A model generated the notes under the pieces. The model did not search any database. It was not told where the DNA came from and was given only the letters and a program-made list of their open reading frames with translations. 64,000 nt of DNA from Nitrospirales bacterium (lineage in GTDB: Bacteria; Nitrospirota; Nitrospiria; Nitrospirales; UBA8639). The translations under genes and the position numbers were made by a program. Below are positions 57,719 to 64,000 of this stretch, piece after piece. Position 1 is the stretch's first letter. The number at the start of each line of letters is the position of its first letter. The stretch is from the NCBI GenBank assembly GCA_963422365.1, contig OY729426.1, positions 1,120,001 to 1,184,000 on the forward strand, written 5' to 3'.

Positions 57719-60700
57719 TCATGTTTTACTCAATCCTACGCGGTACTTGATGTCGTAGTTGACGATGAAATCCAGTTCCTCGTCGGTGAAGCCGTAGTGT
57801 TCGTCCAACACGCGGTCGATCTCGTCGATGATTCCTTTAGATTTCCGAGGATAAAATTCATCGTACTTGACCTTGCCTGTTGTCTTGTAACTTGCGATCT
57901 TTTGTTTACATCGCAGTTTGTAATCGTTCATTAGTCGATTTGCTAGGACCTCAAGGTTTCTACAAATCTCGGTTTTCATCTCACCAATGCTAATTGGAAA
58001 AGAGAAAATCTCGTGACGACCGCAGTGGTATCCTTCGAACAGCGAATACCACCACCAGAAGAAAAGATTCGAATTGAGCACGGCTAACAAAGAACCATTC
58101 GCTTCCGATGGTTCCAACTGATAGGCCTTATAGTCCTCAGATTTTTTCTGGCCGTCAACTTCACTCCAAAAGTAAGGTATGAAATTAAACGCTTTAATGT
58201 AGTTATATGGAATACGATGAACGTAGAATGAGGGAGAAGTCGGACGTTGTTTATATGATGCCGGACTAAATCGACTAAGTTTTCGCAGGATCTGCTCGGC
58301 AATCCTGTCTCCGAGTTTGGGAACCAGACAAAGATCTTGGTCGAGATATGACTTGTGATAACGAAGGTTCGAAAATAAATCGCTTCTTTCTTCCGGTTTC
58401 CAACGATTATAGAACGTAGCGCAAAATCTCGATTTATTGATACGTTCGGATAGTATCAGTAGACAGAGTCTCTGTTTTGCGCCCTCGAACAGCTTGCTGG
58501 GATAGACGTCGAACGTGCTTAGATAAGTATGTCGTTTCTCATCAACAAGAAGCCGTTGCAGGGTGTTCATTCTGGCTGTTGTTTGCAAGCTGAGGGGAAT
58601 GATAAAACTAAATCTAGCCCGTGGGTGTAACAACGTAAGTGCGCGCTCGGTACAAAAAGCGTAGATATTTCCACACTGCTCGGTTTTTAGGCCATTCAAT
58701 TGATAGATTGATTTGATCTGAGAATACTCCACATACGGCGGGTTGCCGATTGCCACGTCGAAGCCGCCCTTGTGCATAATGCCCTTGTGCATAATGCCGT
58801 AGAACTCGACGAACCAGTGGAAGGGCTGGTGGCTGCCCCGCCATTTTTGGTATGCCTTTCCGTCATCGGTTTTGACGCCGTAATCACCGGCTAAATACTC
58901 ATCTAATTCGTCGCGCAGGTCATTGAGTCGTTCCCGCAATTCCACCTTGGTGCTGGCAAACTTGCTGGCATCCATGCCGTGCTCGGTCTGCATTTCGCGA
59001 AATGTACGAAAAGCGCGGTCGGCGATTTCGGCGCGTTCCTCTATCTGAGGAAGCGACAATTGCTTTATCAGGTCGGCGCGCAGCACCCTTTTTACTTCGT
59101 CCAGCGACGTGAAACCGACAAGTGTGTTGCCGGCGCGGATGTTGAAGTCGATGTCCGGCAACGGCTCGATCTGGTCGTAGGATTCGAGCTGGGCCACCAG
59201 TTTCAAGAAGAGTCGCAGCTTACAGATTTCGACGGCCTCTTCCATGATGTCCACGCCGTAAAGGTTGTCGACGACGATGGACTTGAGAATGAAGTAGCGC
59301 TCGCTCGCGTGCTTGTCCACGTTTGCCAGCGCCTTACGGAAGTCGCTCAGATACTCCGGGCGGCGGCGCTGCGAACGCTCCAGGTCGTCGAGGAAGCCGC
59401 GCATGGCTTCCAGACAGGCCGTGTACAGCGGCCTCCAGAATATTGAGCGCCGCGAACAGGAACGCCCCTGAGCCGCACGTTGGGTCAAGGACGGAAACCG
59501 CGTTGAGCGCCTTCCAGAAGGCACGCACCGGCTCCGGCCCTTCGCTGCCGGCGATGACATCCAGAGCGAATTTCTCAATGTCCAGATTGTAGGTGATGAG
59601 GTCGTTGATTGACGTCACCTCGCCGGCGGTAAGTTTGGCGCGGACTTGCTCGTAACGCCGGCGGCGGGCGACGTGCTCGCGCCATGTCTCGGTCGGCAGG
59701 GCAAAATCGCGCGGAGCGGGTTTGTTCCAGCTGCTGCGTTTGGATACGTCGTTCAGACCGGCGGCTATCTCAGCCGGCAGTTCGCATTTTTCCGCCAACC
59801 GTTCTTTTTTGTGGATGTCATACGTGATGCCGTGGCGGACCGCCTCGTAAAAATAGCGGTCAGGGTTGTCCGAGAGCAGCCGCCACACCCCGCCGTCGGG
59901 CTTGAAGGCAATGGCATACGCCTGTTTCGCCCGGTCGAACAGGAACGGGATGACCGTGTTGCGGGCGATGTAGCCGGTGATATCCTCCTTGGTGTAGTAG
60001 GCGCCTATCTGCTTCTGGTTGATGTACTTCTCGAAGATGCAGCCCAGAATGTCGGGGTTGATCTCGTTGTCGCCGCGCAGCGGCCGGTCGTCGAGATGCC
60101 ATTGGTAGGCGTCGAAAAAATCGAAAATCTTCGCAAACGCTTCATCGGGAATCTCGATCTGCGGGTTGTTCCGCTCCAGGTCGTGCTTCTCGAACAAGCC
60201 GCCGTTGAGGTACGGCACCTTGCCCAGCAGTTTCGCCAAGTCGGGATCGCGTTTGGTCTCGGGCAGTCCCAGCCCCTCGTGGAACAGCCGCAAGAGGAAC
60301 AGCCGGTAGAAACTGAGGAAGTTGCCGTCTCCCCGCTGCTGTCGCACGCTTTTCAGACGGTTGTGCAGGTAGTCCGTGTTGTTGTCCAGGAAGCCGCGCT
60401 TCTGGATGAAGTAGATGAACATCATCCGGTTCAGCATCAGCGAGGCGTACCATTCCCGGTCGGCCACGTTCTCGATACCCTCGATGAATCCCAGAAAGGC
60501 GTGATGCTCCTTCTTGAAACGGTCGTAGAACCGCTTGGTGACTCTCTCGATATCAAAGGCCTCGTGTACCCGGCCAGACACGTCAACAATGGTGAGATCG
60601 TCTTCCTCGTCCAGCGTGAAGACAAGCTGCTCCAGCTTCTGGATCAGCGCTTCGCCTGATTGTTGCAGGTGGTAGATGTGCTGACGCGGCCTGTCGGGCT

Positions 60701-61034
60701 GGCCGGGCTCGCGTTTCACCCATTGCCAATAGTGGGTACTCCGGTCGGGCGGGGCGTACACGATGATGTGTTCGCGGACGGACTTGGCGACGGCTTTCTC
60801 GATCTTCTGGCGGACGGGATGAGCGGGAAACGCTTTGTCCGTCTCTGCAACGCATTGATAGGCAACCATGCCGCGCTTGTGGGCGATGGCTTCGAGAACG
60901 AACGTCGTGCCTGCGACTGTAGCCTCCGTGTCCGTGCCCCCGTGGTCCCAGCCAAGTTCCTCGATGAACAGCAAGCGGAGGTCGAAGTTCTCCAGATGGT
61001 TTCGGACTCTATTTCTGTCAAGATTACTTGGCAT
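57719..61034 (-). pseudogene. Large N6-adenine DNA methyltransferase (Eco57I/type IIG-like), split by one +1 frameshift at about 59432
   Basis: Upstream frame: YLNGGLF, GAYYT, VLDPTCGSGAF. Downstream frame: LYGVD, NIRAGNTL, FHWFVEF, GNPPY, YDIKYR. CTG GAG G CCG CTG TAC shows an extra G; may be a sequencing error. Confidence 0.88.
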
Positions 61035-61047
61035 TTCATCTGCCGTC

Positions 61048-64000
61048 CTATCCAATCAAACCCATTGAGCAGATGATACTTGGTTCCTGACGTTCGTCTT
61101 CTTCATGTACGATGCAAAGCCGGTCTTCATCTCTAAGCGCGACGACCAACCCGGCAAGGGCCTGGTCGGAGATGCCGCTACGCAATTGCCGGTTCAGCGT
61201 ATCCACCGCGGCCTGACTCAACGGATAGCGATAGATGTCGTCAATTGCGCGGCGTAGCGGCGTACTGTCGAACAGTGTGCCCTTGACGCTTTCGGCATAG
61301 CTCTTCAGCTGCTCGTAGGTACGAAACCGCGCCCCAGAGGGGCGACCGAGCTGTCCTCCGACCTGTTTTTCCTCGCCGGCAATGCGCTCCGCAGCTCTGC
61401 TTACCAAATCGTGATGGGTCTCATGACGCGGCAAGGCCGGCGTGTCGGGCGGGCATTCCGCAGCCCGCAAAATCTCGAACTGGCTCTTGGTCACACTTTT
61501 GCCGTCGCGGTCAATCCAGGCTAGCGCATCGTATCCCTGGGCGGTCCGCATGTACACCAGCGCTCCTGCCGGTCGCTCCGGTCGTTCATGGTAGGCTTTT
61601 GAGGAATAGACCACAGACGGCAAGTCCTCGATCTTCTTCCTGAGCGTCGGATTATCCGCAGTTGCGTTCCGCCAAATCTGATACGCGTATGAGGACAGGT
61701 CGACGTCCGTCTCGTCGTCGTTGTCGAGAATCCCTGCCTTTTCGTTATAGAGGTCAAGCACGGTCTGTTTGGCCTCGTCCTCGAAGAACGCCTCGTCGGT
61801 CCCGACCACTTCTGCGTTCTCGTGGAGGCGTGTCCGCACGCAGGCGCGAAGCCGGATCAGACGTTCAACCCCCTCGGCTGGAAGAAAGGAATAGCACAGG
61901 ATGTCGTGCGCCTGTTGGCCGATGCGGTCAATACGGCCAGCCCGTTGAATCAGGCGCATGATGGCCCATGGCAGGTCGTAGTTCACCACAACGGCACAGT
62001 CCTGCAAATTCTGTCCTTCGCTGAGCACGTCTGTGGCGATCAGCGCGCGCAGTTCCTCGTCCGTGGGGATGCGCCCCTCTCTGCCGTTGCTCTTTGGGCT
62101 GAAGCGCCAAGCTATTGCCGTGGGATCGGGAGAGTCCCCCGTGACGGCGGCCATGTTTGTCACGCCGCGTGCGGCCAATTGCTCGTACAGGTAACGCGCC
62201 GTATCCGCGAACTGAGTAAAAACGAGCGCTTTTTGGCCGGAATGCTTTTCCGTGAGCAGCCGTTGCAGAGCGTCGAGCTTAGCGTCGGCTCCGGGTTTCC
62301 AGCCGCCGCCGCGAATCAGCAGCCCGCGTAGGGCAGCGGCATCCGCCTGCAGGTCTTTACGCAGTTGCGCAACGAAAAGATGCGCGCCCAGCCAGCGGAA
62401 CCGCCGCTTGTATTTTTCGACGTACAGCTTGTAAACCTCGGCGGCGCGGGTGCGGAAATCCTCCTCCGTGCGCAGCGGTACGGATACGGGCGCGGCCGGC
62501 TGCTCGGCGTTTTCCGCGTCTTCGTCGTCAAACGCGCTGCCGCCGGCGTCTTCCGCGTCCTCATCGAAGGACCCCGCGTCCAGCAGTCCCGCGTCGAGCG
62601 TCCCGATCGGCAGCGGCAGGCCGTGCTCGATGGCGTGGAGAAAGACGAAGTTCCTGAGCGCGTGCCGCTCGACCGACAGCAGGAAGACATGGCCGCTGCT
62701 TTCCAGGCGCTTGAACAAATTGGTGCGGCAGAAGCCCATCAGCCGTTTGCCCGCGTGCGACAAGTCTTTCAGGATCTTCGCCTCGGCCTGCGTGGGCGGT
62801 GCGGGTAGCGACTCTATGACGTAATTGCCAAGACCGTAACGCGGGAGTTCCAACCCGTTTATGGCGTCAACCATGTTGTCCGCGAACAGCCGGGCATACT
62901 GACCGTCGATGTCGAACCGGAGCGTCTTCGGGACCCGCGTCGGGAAATAGGAGCGCGTACCGTCTTCGAACGTGAGATATTTGCGACCGTTGGCCGAGTC
63001 CGTAGCGGCGTAGTTATCTTGAACGAAGCTGCGCGTGCGGCGGACAAGATACAGGCGCATCAATTCTCGCCAGTCGTCGGCGTGCTCGGATTTCTCAAAC
63101 GCGGCCAGGGAACGAACAGGAGCCTGATGTTGCCGGATGAACTCGGTCTCGCCGATCTCGCGCAACAGCCGCTTGGGCCGAATCCCCAGATCTTCGTCCT
63201 CGGGCACGAACAGCAGAAGTTGGCCGGCAAGATCCGCATAGGTCTTGTTGTAGGGCGTCGCCGACAGCAGGATGCATTTGCTGTCATTTTTCTGGATATA
63301 TTCCCGGATGGCCCGATACCGCTTCCCTTCGCGGTTCCTCAGATTATGGCTTTCGTCTATGATGACGAGCCGGTAGCGGCGCATGTCGGATAACTCCCCG
63401 ATGACGCGGCTGATCGACAGCACCCGCGCCCGCAGGCGGTACTGTTCGCGATGGTCCTCCCACATGGGAACGAGATTTTTCGGACAAACGATCAGCGTTT
63501 CCAGACCGTGATCGTCCTCGAACACGCGCGCCAGCGCCGTTGCCATGAGCGTCTTGCCCAGTCCGACCACGTCGCCGATGATGACGCCGCCCCGCCGGTT
63601 CAGATGATGCGCCGCGATCCGGACGGCGGCGGTCTGGAAATCGAGGAGCTTGTTTCCGAAATCCGTCGGGATACGAAATTCGGTCAGGCCGGCCCGTGCT
63701 TCCTGCGACAGGTGGTACGCGATTTTGATGTAGATATGGTGCGGCGAGATCAGTTCTTCTCGCGCCCAGCTCTCATCGATGATGCGGGCCAATTCGTCGG
63801 AAATATCGATGCACCGGTGGTCGCTCCAGCGATCATTGAACCACGCCGCGAGCTTTCGGCAGGCATCATGATCCAGCACGTCGACGTTCAATTCTCCCTG
63901 CAGGGAAAGGCCGGACAGCGTGAGATTGCTGCTGCCCAGGTAGGCAGTGCAGGGATTGATCGGGTCAGGGCGGAATAGCAGGTAGAGCTTGGCGTGCAGC
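61048..64000 (-). CDS. Phospholipase D-nuclease / SNF2-like helicase fusion (5' end beyond window)
   Basis: The open frame extends to the window end: LHAKLYL...GSSNLT (PLD). Then DVVGLGKT, IIDESH, LSATP, FTQFADTA, SEGQNLQ, QRAGRIDR. Confidence 0.9.
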   Translation of the reverse strand, partial: LHAKLYLLFRPDPINPCTAYLGSSNLTLSGLSLQGELNVDVLDHDACRKLAAWFNDRWSDHRCIDISDELARIIDESWAREELISPHHIYIKIAYHLSQEARAGLTEFRIPTDFGNKLLDFQTAAVRIAAHHLNRRGGVIIGDVVGLGKTLMATALARVFEDDHGLETLIVCPKNLVPMWEDHREQYRLRARVLSISRVIGELSDMRRYRLVIIDESHNLRNREGKRYRAIREYIQKNDSKCILLSATPYNKTYADLAGQLLLFVPEDEDLGIRPKRLLREIGETEFIRQHQAPVRSLAAFEKSEHADDWRELMRLYLVRRTRSFVQDNYAATDSANGRKYLTFEDGTRSYFPTRVPKTLRFDIDGQYARLFADNMVDAINGLELPRYGLGNYVIESLPAPPTQAEAKILKDLSHAGKRLMGFCRTNLFKRLESSGHVFLLSVERHALRNFVFLHAIEHGLPLPIGTLDAGLLDAGSFDEDAEDAGGSAFDDEDAENAEQPAAPVSVPLRTEEDFRTRAAEVYKLYVEKYKRRFRWLGAHLFVAQLRKDLQADAAALRGLLIRGGGWKPGADAKLDALQRLLTEKHSGQKALVFTQFADTARYLYEQLAARGVTNMAAVTGDSPDPTAIAWRFSPKSNGREGRIPTDEELRALIATDVLSEGQNLQDCAVVVNYDLPWAIMRLIQRAGRIDRIGQQAHDILCYSFLPAEGVERLIRLRACVRTRLHENAEVVGTDEAFFEDEAKQTVLDLYNEKAGILDNDDETDVDLSSYAYQIWRNATADNPTLRKKIEDLPSVVYSSKAYHERPERPAGALVYMRTAQGYDALAWIDRDGKSVTKSQFEILRAAECPPDTPALPRHETHHDLVSRAAERIAGEEKQVGGQLGRPSGARFRTYEQLKSYAESVKGTLFDSTPLRRAIDDIYRYPLSQAAVDTLNRQLRSGISDQALAGLVVALRDEDRLCIVHEEDERQEPSIICSMGLIG

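Noticed and set aside
59420..59445. Programmed frameshift or phase variation in the methyltransferase
   Set aside because: No slippery heptamer, homopolymer or simple repeat at the site.
59646..60659. 337-aa plus-strand ORF and similar long antisense ORFs (for example 21503-22156, 9511-10233, 28255-28929)
   Set aside because: Shadow frames opposite well-supported genes, with no recognisable motifs.

Overview
Bacterial chromosomal window. The gene set and protein style suggest Nitrospirota (Nitrospirales-like); this is inferred, not searched. About 1-52 kb is mostly housekeeping: rlmN (partial), lipB, a KamA/dcd/glycosyltransferase run, a CbbQ/NirQ-type ATPase, ubiE plus a B12 radical SAM gene, ruvB, uvrA, ispA, hpnA, grxD/bolA, anmK, xth, pdaD, a deoxyhypusine synthase-like gene, tRNA-Glu(CTC), rpiA, glk, aroK/aroE, a FadL-like porin and uvrC. 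It is interrupted by decayed inserts (a TbpB-like lipoprotein with its Slam exporter, a DNA methyltransferase, a BrnT/BrnA pair) and by GTAG-type REP-like palindromes. From about 52.3 kb to the end lies a defence island. It holds VapBC, HigBA/Phd/RelBE remnants, an AbiEi-AbiEii pair whose toxin carries a C-terminal WYL domain and a Cys/His tail, and a tightly spaced PLD-SNF2 helicase -> N6-type methyltransferase (one frameshift, AT-rich specificity region) -> SLOG/DprA-like operon. The two best candidates for an under-described system are that three-gene operon and the AbiEii-WYL fusion. A 47-aa Lys/Ala/Pro histone-H1-like gene below the ORF track's size range was also found. All calls come from reading motifs by eye; no database searches were run.
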